A stretch of DNA of 64,000 nucleotides from contig NC_052158.1 in assembly GCF_902713615.1 (NCBI RefSeq), positions 40,043,729-40,107,728 of the forward strand, written 5' to 3'. Both the position numbers and the translations under genes were made by a program. The notes under the pieces are model-generated. The model had not been told where the DNA came from, did no database searches, and saw only the letters and a list, made by a program, of their open reading frames with translations. Each line of letters starts with the position of its first letter. Position 1 is the first letter of the stretch. Origin of the DNA: Scyliorhinus canicula. Taxonomy: Eukaryota. Below are positions 12,738 to 23,416 of this stretch, piece after piece.

Positions 12738-13088
12738 AGAACATAGAACAGTACAGAACAGGCCCTTCGGCCCTCGATGTTGTGCCGAGCAATGATCACC
12801 CTACTGAAACCCACGTATCCACCCTATACCCGTAACCCAACAATCCCCCCATTAACCTTACACTAAGGGCAATTTAGCATGGCCAATCCACCTAACCCGC
12901 ACATCTTTGGACTGTGGGAGGAAACCGGAGCACCCGGAGGAAACCCACGCACACACGGGGAGGACGTGCAGACTCCACACAGACAGTGACCCAGCCGAGA
13001 ATCGAACCTGGGACCCTGGAGCTGTGAAGCATTGATGCTAACCACCATGCTACCGTGCTACCGTGCTACCATGCTACCGTGAGGCCCC
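12738..13088 (-). mobile_element. HE1-like SINE, duplicated copy
   Basis: Matches 9018-9368. Confidence 0.9.
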
Positions 13089-13392
13089 TATGAGATGCAA
13101 TGGTCTTATGACAACTTGACCCCCAAACTGTGCCAGTATCTGGATGGACTGCTGATACCTGCCGTATTGTAATGATCGACCTATGTCCCCTCCCCCAACA
13201 GGCCAAGACCGCTCACAACACCCGTGAGCGGCATCAGACGGGAGGGGGTCGGCCCAACCTGCACCCCCTCACCGCGTTTGAGCAGAGGGCCCTGGACCTT
13301 GTTGGGGGGTCTGGCACCCGGGATGTCGCGCTATGCGAGGTTGGCGGAGCTGCAACAAGTGAGACAACTCTCCTTGACAAACACCCACCCCT

Positions 13393-14720
13393 CCCCCATC
13401 CTCTGTCTCTTCACACACCCTGCCCACTGGGACACCTCCCCCATCCTCTGTCCCTTCACACACCCTGCCCACTGGGACACCTCCCCCATCCTCTGTCCCT
13501 TCACACACCCTGCCCACTAGGACACCTCCCCCATCCTCTGTCCCTTCACACACCCTGCCCACTGGGACACCTCCCCCATCCTCTGTCCCTTCACACACCC
13601 TGCCCACTGGGACACCTCCCCCATCCTCTGTCCCTTCACACACCCTGCCCACTGGGATACCTCCCCCATCCTCTGTCCCTTCACACACCCTGCCCACTGG
13701 AACACCTCCCCATCCTCTGTCCCTTCACACACCCTGCCCACTTGGACACCTCCCCCATCCTCTGTCCCTTCACACACCCTGCCCACTTGGACACCTCCCC
13801 CATCCTCTGTCCCTTCACACACCCTGCCCACTGGGATACCTCCCCCATCCTCTGTCCCTTCACACACCCTGCCCACTGGGATACCTCCCCCATCCTCTGT
13901 CCCTTCACACACCCTGCCCACTGGGACACCTCCCCCATCCTCTGTCCCTTCACACACCCTGCCCACTGGGACACCTCCCCCATCCTCTGTCCCTTCACTC
14001 ACCCTGCCCACTTGGACACCTCCCCCATCCTCTGTCCCTTCACACAACCTGCCCACTGGGACACCTCCCCCATCCTCTGTCCCTTCACACAGCCTGCCCA
14101 CTGGAACACCTCCCCCATCCTCTGTCCCTTCACACACCCTGCCCACTGGAACACCTCCCCCATCCTCTGTCCCTTCACACCCTGCCCACTTGGACATCTC
14201 CCCCATCCTCTGTCCCTTCACACCCTACCCACTGGGACACCTCCCCCATCCTCTGTCCCTTCACACACCCTGCCCACTAGGACACCTCCCCCATCCTCTG
14301 TCCCTTCACACCCTGCCCACTGGGACATCTCCCCCATCCTCTGTCCCTTCTCACACCCTGCCCACTAGGACACCTCCCCCATTCTCTGTCCCTTCACACC
14401 CTGCCCACTGGGACACCTCCCCCATTCTCTGTCCCTTCACACACCCTGCCCACTGGAACACCTCCCCCATCCTCTGTCCCTTCACACCCTGCCCACTTGG
14501 ACATCTCCCCCATCCTCTGTCCCTTCACACCCTACCCACTGGGACACCTCCCCCATCCTCTGTCCCTTCACACACCCTGCCCACTAGGACACCTCCCCCA
14601 TCCTCTGTCCCTTCACACCCTGCCCACTGGGACATCTCCCCCATCCTCTGTCCCTTCTCACACCCTGCCCACTGGGACACCTCCCCCATCCTCTGTCCCT
14701 TCACACCCTGCCCACTGGGA
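13393..14720. repeat. Same 43-45 bp minisatellite, about 30 copies
   Basis: Same unit as 9673-10595, longer array. Confidence 0.95.
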
Positions 14721-15540
14721 CCGTCAAGCGCCCGGCTGAGCGAATCTAAATAAGCCGTTTCATTCTCTTCCCTAGGACGTGATGCCGAACGACCAGGGCC
14801 GTCTGCCTCCAGGCAGAGACAGGCATCTGCCTCCACCTCACCCGGAGCCGCACAACATTCGGGTGCCCGATCAGCGGGGAGTCCCATCCTCCCCAACAGA
14901 ATCTGTGGAGCAGGACGCCCAGAGGGCGGCGACACCGCTAGATAAAGAAATGGCCCGCGAACGCCCTGCGGCCCCTCGCCTGGACAATGACACAGAGGAT
15001 GCGTCCACCCAAGACGACCTCGAGCTTGCGGCACAGCTATCTCCCACACCATCCACCATCCCAGAGACACTCACCCCGGCTGGCCTATTTAGTGATGAGG
15101 CTCCTGGGTCACAGTCGGGTTCGCACATCACAGCTGAGCAGGTACAGCAGGTGGAGGTCGGAGCAGACGAGGGCCCAGACTGGCGGAGGCCAGGCCAGAC
15201 CCAGCATGCAGCTGGCTCCCAGACGTTTTCTGAGTTCCTGGACTTTCTCAACCCACCCGCACAGCCAATGCCTCAAGAAACCCAGGGAAACAATGACAGG
15301 ATGAGGGCTGTCTTCCTGGCTCTGCAGACGCTGTTAGAGGAGTCGAACCGCGTCCACGAGCAGGGAGTGGTGCCGCTCATGGCAGCAACCCAGGCCGACA
15401 CCGCACGGGTGGCATCCGAGGTGGAGGCAATGGGTCAGGTTATGCAAGGCGTTGGGGTTAATGTGCACGCGTCATCCTCGGTCCTGGACAGGGTTTCCCT
15501 CTCACAGGCAGCAATGTGCCAGAGCCAAAACGACATTGCC

Positions 15541-16010
15541 CGCACTCCCCCCTCCGTCTCCCCCACTCCCCCCCTCCGTCTCCCCCACTCCCCCCTCAGT
15601 CTCCCCCACGCCCCCCTCCGCCTCCCGCACTCCCCACCTCCGTCTCTCCCACTCCCCCCTCCGTCTACCCCACTCCCCCCACCACCTCCGCCACTCCCCC
15701 TCTCCGTCTCCCCCACTACCCCCTCCACCACCGCCACTCCCCCTCCGTCTCCCCCACTCCCCCCTCCACCTCCACCACTCCCCCCTCCGTCTCCCCCACT
15801 CCCCCTCTACCTCCGCCACTCCCCCTCTCCGTCTCCCCCACTCCCCCTCTCCCTCCGCCACTCCCCCTCCGTCTCCCCCACTCCCCCCTCCACCTCCACC
15901 ACTCCCCCCTCCGTCTCCCCCACTCCCCCTCTACCTCAGCCACTCCCCCCTCCGTCTCCCCCACTCCCCCCTCCACCTCCGCCACTCCCCCCCTCCGTCT
16001 CCCCCACTCC
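15541..16010. repeat. C-rich low-complexity repeat (ACTCCCCCCTCCGTCTCCCCC)n
   Basis: Direct inspection. A shorter version at 11419-11520 holds the duplication junction. Confidence 0.9.
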
Positions 16011-16749
16011 CCACGCTCTGGACCCCCCTCCCGTTCTCAGGGATGCCTTCCCCGTTGTGGCCAGACTCCAGCAGTGCGCTGAGCGGTGCGCTGAGCGGTG
16101 CGCTCACCTCCTCGAAGCTGCCGTCAGCCAGCACGACTGGTTGACGAACTTGAAAAGCAGGTGTGTTGGCCGGCGTGTAAACATTGCGTGATGACGTCGG
16201 GACTTCGGCCCATCCGGGCCGGAGAATGGCGGGGGGCCAAAAACTAGCGATTATGGTCGTGTCGGGGGCGCATTAGAGGCGTTTGGCGGGAATGGCGACT
16301 TGGAATTTGTGCGGGGTTCGGAGAATAGCGGGAGGGCGTCGGACCAGCGTCGCCATAAAAATTTACGACGCCCGCTATTCTCCGACGCGTCGTGAGTCCG
16401 GAGAATCGCGCCCTATATATTTGCCAATATCACTCCATGTATATATGTTCGTTATCTACCCATTGTAAGTGCAGTTTCACTATCCGACCACCAGGGGGAG
16501 TCGCTCTGGAAGTACGCGAGAGTTTGTACTGGGCTCCTCCCTTGGCTCCGCCCAGGACTCCTCCCCCTGGGACCGATGTATAAAGATCAATGCCTTAGAA
16601 CCAGCCTGCCAGTTCGCCTGAAGTTCAATGACGAATAGGCTGGCTCTATTGTAAGTGTATTAAAGCCTCTGTTCAGATCCAACTACATGTGATCGCTGAA
16701 TTGATGGTTCCATCAATTTAATACACTTAAGAAGCTGCCGAAGTAAAGC

Positions 16750-18759
16750 ATGGAATCCGCTCTAAAACCAGGACGTCTAGAACTCGATCCGCAGGATGCA
16801 GAGGCGAAAGAAACCTTCTGCCACTGGCTGAAATGTTTTAAGGCCTACTTGGCCGAAATCAGCACCGCTGAAACTACGGAGGAACAAAAGTTCAGCCTAC
16901 TGCACGCGAGGGTAAGCCACAGAATTTCGACACAACTAAATCCAGCCGGTTCCTACACCACAGCGCTGGCGATTTTGGACAAAATGTATATTAGGCCCAT
17001 GAACGAGGTCTTTGCCCGCCATGTGTTCATGACTCGCCGACAACGGGCTACTGAAACTTTAGCTGAATTTGCACGCGAGTTGACCAATCTCTCAAATGAC
17101 TGCAATTACCAGGCTATAACCGCGGCCGAACATAGGGAGCTTGCTTTGCGGGATGTTTTTGTAGCGGGCCTTCGATCTAGCTATGTACGCCAGAGACTAT
17201 TAGAAAATGGGGCCCAGGGCTTAGAGACTACCGTAGAGGCTGCTATCGCAATGGAAGTTTCCTTCCGCAGCCTCAACTCATTCCCTGCGGACCCCGCTAA
17301 CCCCACATGGGCCCCCGACCTGAGGACCCCCGAAGCCTGTGCCGCAAGGCCCCCCCGCTATCGTGCTGCCACAGCCGGTCGCCCTACTGTCCCAGTCAAA
17401 TACTCAAACTATCCAGCTGCTCCAGCTAATTACTCAGCTTCCCCAGCCAGCTACTCAGCTCGCCAAACCAGTTATTCAACTGCTCCAGCCTGCCACTATT
17501 CAGCTCCCCAAACCAGTTATTCAACTGCTCCAACCTGCCACTATTCAGCTCCCCAAACCAGTTATTCAACTGCTCCAGCCTGCCACTATTCAGCTCCCCA
17601 AACCAGTTATTCAACTGCTCCAGCCTGCCACTACTCAGCTCCCCAAACCAGTTATTCAACTGCTCCAGCCTGCCACTATTCAGCTCCCCAAACCAGTTAT
17701 TCAACTGCTCCAGCCTGCCACTATTCAGCTCCCCAAACCAGTTATTCAACTGCTCCAGCCTGCCACTATTCAGCTCCCCAAACCAGTTATTCAACTGCTC
17801 CAGCCTGCCACTACTCAGCTCCCCAAACCAGTTATTCAACTGCTCCAGCCTGCCACTATTCAGCTCCCCAAACCAGTTATTCAACTGCTCCAGCCTGCCA
17901 CTATTCAGCTCCCCAAACCAGTTATTCAACTGCTCCAGCCTGCCACTATTCAGCTCCCCAAACCAGTTATTCAACTGCTCCAGCCTGCCACTATTCAGCT
18001 CCCCAAACCAGTTATTCAACTGCTCCAGCCTGCCACTATTCAGCTCCCCAAACCAGTTATTCAACTGCTCCAGCCTGCCACTATTCAGCTCCCCAAACCA
18101 GTTATTCAACTGCTCCAGCCTGCCACTATTCAGCTCTCAAAACCAGTTATTCAACTGCTCCAGCCTGCCACTATTCAGCTCCCCAAACCAGTTATTCAAC
18201 TGCTCCAGCCTGCCACTATTCAGCTCCCCAAACCCGTTATTCAACTGCTCCAGCCTGCCACTATTCAGCTCCCCAAACCAGTTATTCAACTGCTCCAGCC
18301 TGCCACTATTCAGCTCCCCAAACCAGTTATTCAACTGCTCCAGCCTGCCACTATTCAGCTCCCCAAACCAGTTATTCAACTGCTCCAGTCTGCCACTATT
18401 CAGCTCCCCAAACCAGTTATTCAACTGCTCCAGCCTGCCACTATTCAGCTCCCCAAACCAGTTATTCAACTGCTCCAGCCTGCCACTATTCAGCTCCCCA
18501 AACCAGTTATTCAACTGCTCCAGCCTGCCACTTCTGTGGACAAAGCCAGCACACGCGACAGCACTGCTCAGCTCGATCCGCGACCTGCAGCAGCTGCGGG
18601 AAGAAAGGCCACTATGCTAGAGGGTGCCTCGGCAGAAGGGCCCCAGCCCTCAACACCCCAACAGTCCAAAAACATCGCCCCCAGCACCAGCAGGCCCGCG
18701 GGGCCCGAAACGCTGCTTCCTACTCTCAGGCTCCGCCCTCTCCCGCCACGTGCGATTAG
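16750..18759 (+). CDS. gag: Gag with about 24 in-frame 15-aa repeats and two CCHC zinc knuckles
   Basis: 669-aa ORF with a retrotransposon-Gag core (RRQRATETLAEFAREL..CNY..LRDVFVAGL..VRQRLLE) and CHFCGQSQHTRQHC..CSSCGKKGHYARGC. Confidence 0.85.
   Translation: MESALKPGRLELDPQDAEAKETFCHWLKCFKAYLAEISTAETTEEQKFSLLHARVSHRISTQLNPAGSYTTALAILDKMYIRPMNEVFARHVFMTRRQRATETLAEFARELTNLSNDCNYQAITAAEHRELALRDVFVAGLRSSYVRQRLLENGAQGLETTVEAAIAMEVSFRSLNSFPADPANPTWAPDLRTPEACAARPPRYRAATAGRPTVPVKYSNYPAAPANYSASPASYSARQTSYSTAPACHYSAPQTSYSTAPTCHYSAPQTSYSTAPACHYSAPQTSYSTAPACHYSAPQTSYSTAPACHYSAPQTSYSTAPACHYSAPQTSYSTAPACHYSAPQTSYSTAPACHYSAPQTSYSTAPACHYSAPQTSYSTAPACHYSAPQTSYSTAPACHYSAPQTSYSTAPACHYSAPQTSYSTAPACHYSAPQTSYSTAPACHYSAPQTSYSTAPACHYSALKTSYSTAPACHYSAPQTSYSTAPACHYSAPQTRYSTAPACHYSAPQTSYSTAPACHYSAPQTSYSTAPACHYSAPQTSYSTAPVCHYSAPQTSYSTAPACHYSAPQTSYSTAPACHYSAPQTSYSTAPACHFCGQSQHTRQHCSARSATCSSCGKKGHYARGCLGRRAPALNTPTVQKHRPQHQQARGARNAASYSQAPPSPATCD
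17455..18530 (+). repeat. 45-bp coding tandem repeat (APQTSYSTAPACHYS), about 24 copies
   Basis: Unit GCTCCCCAAACCAGTTATTCAACTGCTCCAGCCTGCCACTATTCA. Confidence 0.97.
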
Positions 18760-18972
18760 TGGGGGCCGCCATCTTGGACGCCATCTTCATCACCCCCCCC
18801 CCCCCCCCCCCCCCCCCCCCACGTGCGATCCACAGCTGCATCCCCAGACTCAAACAGCTCATCGGAGGAGTACGACCTCCCCGGGCAGTCACCACATGGC
18901 CCGCAACTCAGCGCAATGTTCCTGCATCAAGCTCGCCAGAACGCAGCGGCATCTACTTGACAGGACACCTGA

Positions 18973-21842
18973 TTGGAAGAATCCAACTCCCCCGGGCACC
19001 CACCATGCAGCCCGCAAATCAACACGGTCATCCTCGACGAATCTTGCCCCAAGCATCTGAGAAATTCGACGACCGAGGTCCAGATCATTGTGTACAACAC
19101 GTCGTGCCTCTTCGACTCCGGGAGCACAGAGAGCTTCATACACCCAGAGCTGGTAAGACGCTGTTTCCTCCCTATTTATCCCGTCAACCAAACTATCGCT
19201 CTCGCTTCGGGCTCCCATTCCATCCAAATCCAAGGCCGCACTACAGCAACGCTAACGATTCGAGGCGCTAGCTATTCCAAATTTAAACTGTATGTCTTGC
19301 CTGACCTCTGCGCGCCACTCCTCTTAGGCTTGGATTTCCAATGTAACCTCAAGAATCTCACCCTCAGCTTCGGCGGGCCCCTGCCCCCACTCACTATCTG
19401 CAGCCTAGCCACACTGCGCATCGCCCCCCCTCCTCTCTTCGCCAACCTCACCCCGGATTGCAAACCGGTAGCCGCCCGCAGCAGGCGGTACAGCCTGCAG
19501 GATAGGGTATTTATCAGAACGGAGGTCCGAAGGCTGCTCAGTGAGGGGATCATAGAGGCCAGTAACAGTCCCTGGAGAGCTCAGGTGGTGGTCGTCAAGA
19601 CTGGGGAAAAATTCCGCATGGTCGTCGATTATAGCCAGACCATCAATCGCTTTACCCCCCTAGATGCGTATCCCCTCCCCAGAATCGCAGACATGGTAAA
19701 CCAGATCGCCCAATATCGGGTATTTTCCATGATGGATCTGAAGTCTGCATACCACCAGCTCCCAATCCGCCCGGAGGACCGCCACTACACGGCATTCGAG
19801 GCCGATGGCCGCCTCTTCCATTTCCTCCGGGTTCCCTTCGGCGTCACTAACGGGGTTTCGGTGTTCCAATGAGCAATGGACCGAATGGTAGACCAGTACG
19901 GACTGCGGGCCACGTTTCCGTATCTGGATAATGTTACCATCTGCGGCCATGACCAGCAGGACCACGACGCCAACCTCCACCGTTTTCTCCAGACAAGGAG
20001 AAATACGTGTTCCGCACAAACAGATTAGCCATCCTCGGCTACGTCGTGGAGAACGGAGTCCTGGGCCCAGACCCGGACAGCATGCGTCCCCTCTTAGAAC
20101 TCCCCCTCTCCCATGGCCCCAAGGCCCTCAAACGGTGCTTGGGGCTCTTTTCGTACTACGCCCAGTGGGTCCCCCAATATGCGGACAAAGCCCGCCCACT
20201 CTTTAAGGCCACTCTATTTCCCCTGTCTGCTGAGGCGCGACAGGCCTTCAGCTGCATCAAGGAGGACATCGCCAAAGCAGCCATGCGGGCGGTGGATGAA
20301 TCCACTCCCTTTCAGGTTGAGAGCGACGCCTCAGAGGTAGCTCTAGCAGCCACTTTAAACCAAGCAGGGCGGCCCGTGGCATTTTTCTCCCGTACCCTAT
20401 CCGCTTCAGAACTCCGACACTCCTCAGTCGAGAAGGAAGCACAAGCCATTGTGGAGGCTATCTGACACTGGAGGCACTACCTCGCAGGTAGGAGGTTCAC
20501 CCTCATCACCGACCAAAGATCGGTTGCTTTCATGTTCGATAACTCGCAAAGGGGCAAAATTAAAAATGACAAAATTCTTCGGTGGAGCATTGAACTTTCC
20601 ACCTACAATTACAATATCAAATATCGACCGGGGAAGCTCAACGAGCCCTCGGATGCCCTATCCCGCGGAACATGCGCCAGCGCTCAAATCAGCCGTCTAA
20701 AAGCCATCCACGATGACCTCTGCCACCCAGGGGTCACCCGGCTCGCCCACTACATCAGAGCCCGAAACCTGCCTTTCTCCAACGAGGAGGTAAAAGCGGT
20801 CACCAGGGACTGTCCGATCTGTGCGGAGTGCAAACTGCACTTCTATAGACCAGACAGGGCCCACCTGGCTTCTCGGCCCTTTGAATGCCTTGCGATCGAT
20901 TTCAAAGGGCCACTCCCCTCCACTAACAAAAACATTTACTTCCTTAACATTATTGACGAGTTCTCCCGATTCCCCTTCGCCATCCCATGCCCCGATATGA
21001 TCTCCCACACAGTCATTAGGGCCCTGCATAGTGTCTTCACTCTGTTCGGTTTCCCCAGCTACGTGCACAGCGGCCGGGGTGCGTCCTTTATGAGTGACGA
21101 GCTGCGTCAGTACCTGCTCAACAAGGGCATCGCCTCGAGCAGGACTACCAGCTATAACCCCAGGGGGAACGGACAGGTGGAGAGGAAGAACGCGATGGTC
21201 TGGAAGACCGTCCTACTGACCCTCAGGTCCAGGAAGCTCCAAGTTTCCCAATGGCAGGAAGTCCTCCCTGACGCGCTCCATGCAATTAGATCCCTCCTGT
21301 GTACAGCTACCAACCAAACCCCACACGAGCGGCTCTTCATTTTTTCCAGGGGCACTACCACAGGGGTCTCACTTCCGGCATGGCTGAGGACGCCAGGCCC
21401 GGTTCATGTAAGGAAGCACGTCAGGGCGCACAAGACCGACCCCATTGTTGAAAAGGTGTGCCTGCTTCATTCCAACCCACAGTACGCATTTGTTGAGTTC
21501 CCGGACGGTCGCCAGGACACAGTATCCCTGCGGGACCTGTCACCCGCTGGATCCAGCCCCCCATCTACCCCCACCGAGGAACTCCTTTCCCCGTTCCCTA
21601 TGCAGCCGCCCCCTTGCACCCCCGATTCTGCGAGCTCACTCCACCAGTCCCAAGCGCCAGCACCAGCCCGTCCCCGCGCCCCCAGTCTCTATTCGACCAG
21701 GAGGTGTATGAGGCTCAGACAAGACTCGCCCCGGAGCCGGCAACCGTGCCCCAGACATCGACGCCCGCCCAGCCACCGCAAGAGGCTGCAACCCCGGTGC
21801 TCCGCAGATCAAAACAGACAATTCGTCCACCGGACAGACTGA
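18973..21842 (+). pseudogene. pol: Disrupted pol (PR-RT-RNaseH-IN)
   Basis: Protease LFDSGS; RT DLKSAYHQ, PFGVTN and YLDN at 19921-19932; RNase H VESDASE and KEAQA; integrase HHCC and IDFKGP, with the second catalytic Asp read as HSGRG. Stops at 19870 and 20463 (likely CGA>TGA), frameshift near 19995. Confidence 0.92.
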
Positions 21843-22466
21843 CTTTGTAAACCACCACCCCGCCGGACTTGATTTTTTTAACAGGGGGTGAATGTGGTGA
21901 ATGTGATTCACGCTATATATAGTTGCCAATATCACTCCATGTATATATGTTCGTTATCTACCCATTGTAAGTGCAGTTGCACTATCCGACCACCAGGGGG
22001 AGTCGCTCTGGGAGTACGCAAGAGTTTGTACTGGGCTCCTCCCTTGGCTCCGCCCAGGACTCCTCCCCCTGGGACCGATGTATAAAAATTAGTGCCTTAG
22101 AGCCAGCCTGCCATTTCATCTGAAGTTCAATGACGAATAGGCTGGCTCTATTGCAAGTGTATTAAAGCCTCTGTTCAGATCCAACGACACGTGTTCGCTG
22201 AATTGATGGTTCCATCAACCTGTCCTGGACACAAATCCCATCAGAGTCTGACACACTGTGCTGACTTCAATGGTGTCAGATATCAGGCTGGCTGTATAAC
22301 AGGCGTCTGATCAAATATCACCCATTTCAAACTCTCCCCAAAGAGTGGCGTGCAGAGTGGGGGCCGACGGTGCATTGGCCCCGGGCATCCATTGGATGGG
22401 GGCATCCAATCAGAGAAGGAAATAATTTTTTTTTTTAAATTTAGGTTACCCAATTATTTTTTTCAA

Positions 22467-22652
22467 TTAAGGGGCAATTTAGCATGGCCAATCCACCTAC
22501 TCTGCACATTTTTTGGGTTGTGGGGGCAAAACCCACGCAGACACGGGGAGAATGTGCAAACTCCACATGGACAGTGACCCAGAGCCGGGATCGAACCTGG
22601 GACCTCAGTTCCGTGAGGCGGTTGTGCTAACCACTAGGCCACCGTGCTGCAC
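22467..22652 (-). mobile_element. HE1-like SINE fragment
   Basis: Similar to the 5' half of the 5576 SINE. Confidence 0.8.
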
Positions 22653-23416
22653 CAGAGAAGGAAATAAGATAGTAATTTTAAAATTTCAGCGGTGATAAAT
22701 CAATTTTTGGAGGCTCACCGCACTGCAGAGGCAGTTGTTAGCCCTTTATTCCTTTAACATGGTGTACCCTTTCTGTCTAGAGAAAATGGTGCTTCTCCCC
22801 ATCCCCCCACAAGCATGCGCATGATGTACGTGGTGCAACCATCAAAAGCAACAAGCAGACGTGGCTGTTCGTTCCTGCGTTTCCTCGAGTCATAACTCGT
22901 CTTTTCTTCAGCTTTTTGTGCATCTAGATTAGTTCTTTTACCTACTCAGGTCAGTGAATAGCTCTAGAACGGGTGCAACTATGTTTTTTATAGGTTTTTT
23001 GGTGATATTTAATGAAATATTTACATGGGATGTAGTAAGAGTGAAGCCTGGATGATCAGAAGACTGCTATGGCATTTAATCTCGGAATAAGAGACATTTA
23101 TTCCTTAACATGCTAATATTCGAATACAGATACCACTAATTTGCAAGTCCATGATATAAATTACACAAAATTATCAGTGGAGAATCAGTGTGAAATAATT
23201 TGATACGAAGGAACAAAGAAATGAAATATGGTTTATCCGTCTGCAACTGACCGATTGTTTACCATTTTCTTCCCATTTTCTCATGCGTCTTACGGTTTTT
23301 GAGATAGAAAATGAAATGTTACGAGTATTTCGTGTAAAACCGAGTGGAGCACAGAACAGGAAAAAAAAGAGGGCCAGAGTCGAAGAAGAGTCCCATCAAA
23401 GAGGGTCATTAGATGC

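Larger units (their letters stand above)
7802..15600 (+). repeat. Direct tandem segmental duplication, offset 3719 bp (copy 1 7802-11520, copy 2 from 11521)
   Basis: CGATTGTTTCAGTGACTAAACG at 7802 recurs at 11521. The CR1 piece, Harbinger end, SINE, VNTR and Myb exons all repeat in order with very few substitutions. Confidence 0.97.
12332..16191 (+). pseudogene. Harbinger Myb/SANT-like gene, copy 2 (extra base near 12488 frameshifts exon 1)
   Basis: Near-identical to copy 1, but GGTGGGCTGCTGCC replaces GGTGGGTGCTGCC. Confidence 0.7.
8375..16413 (+). mobile_element. PIF/Harbinger element carrying a Myb/SANT accessory gene, transposase essentially deleted, left part duplicated
   Basis: Left terminus GGGCGCGATTCTC at 8376 (again at 12095), right terminus GGAGAATCGCGCCC ending 16413, spliced Myb/SANT ORF inside. 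Confidence 0.85.
16414..22217 (+). mobile_element. Near-complete inactivated Gypsy LTR retrotransposon: 5' LTR 16414-16715 (5'-truncated), 3' LTR 21893-22217
   Basis: The two LTRs are about 95% identical by eye. PPT AACAGGGGGTGAA precedes the 3' LTR. Domain order is gag-PR-RT-RH-IN. Confidence 0.95.

Noticed and set aside
9410-14753. His/Pro-rich 400-aa ORFs
   Set aside because: Read-through of the 45-bp intronic VNTR; only 9482-9638 and its duplicate behave as exons.
17339-19060. 573-aa alternative-frame ORF and antisense ORFs over gag
   Set aside because: Shadows of the 45-bp repeat; the Gag frame is the one with the zinc knuckles.
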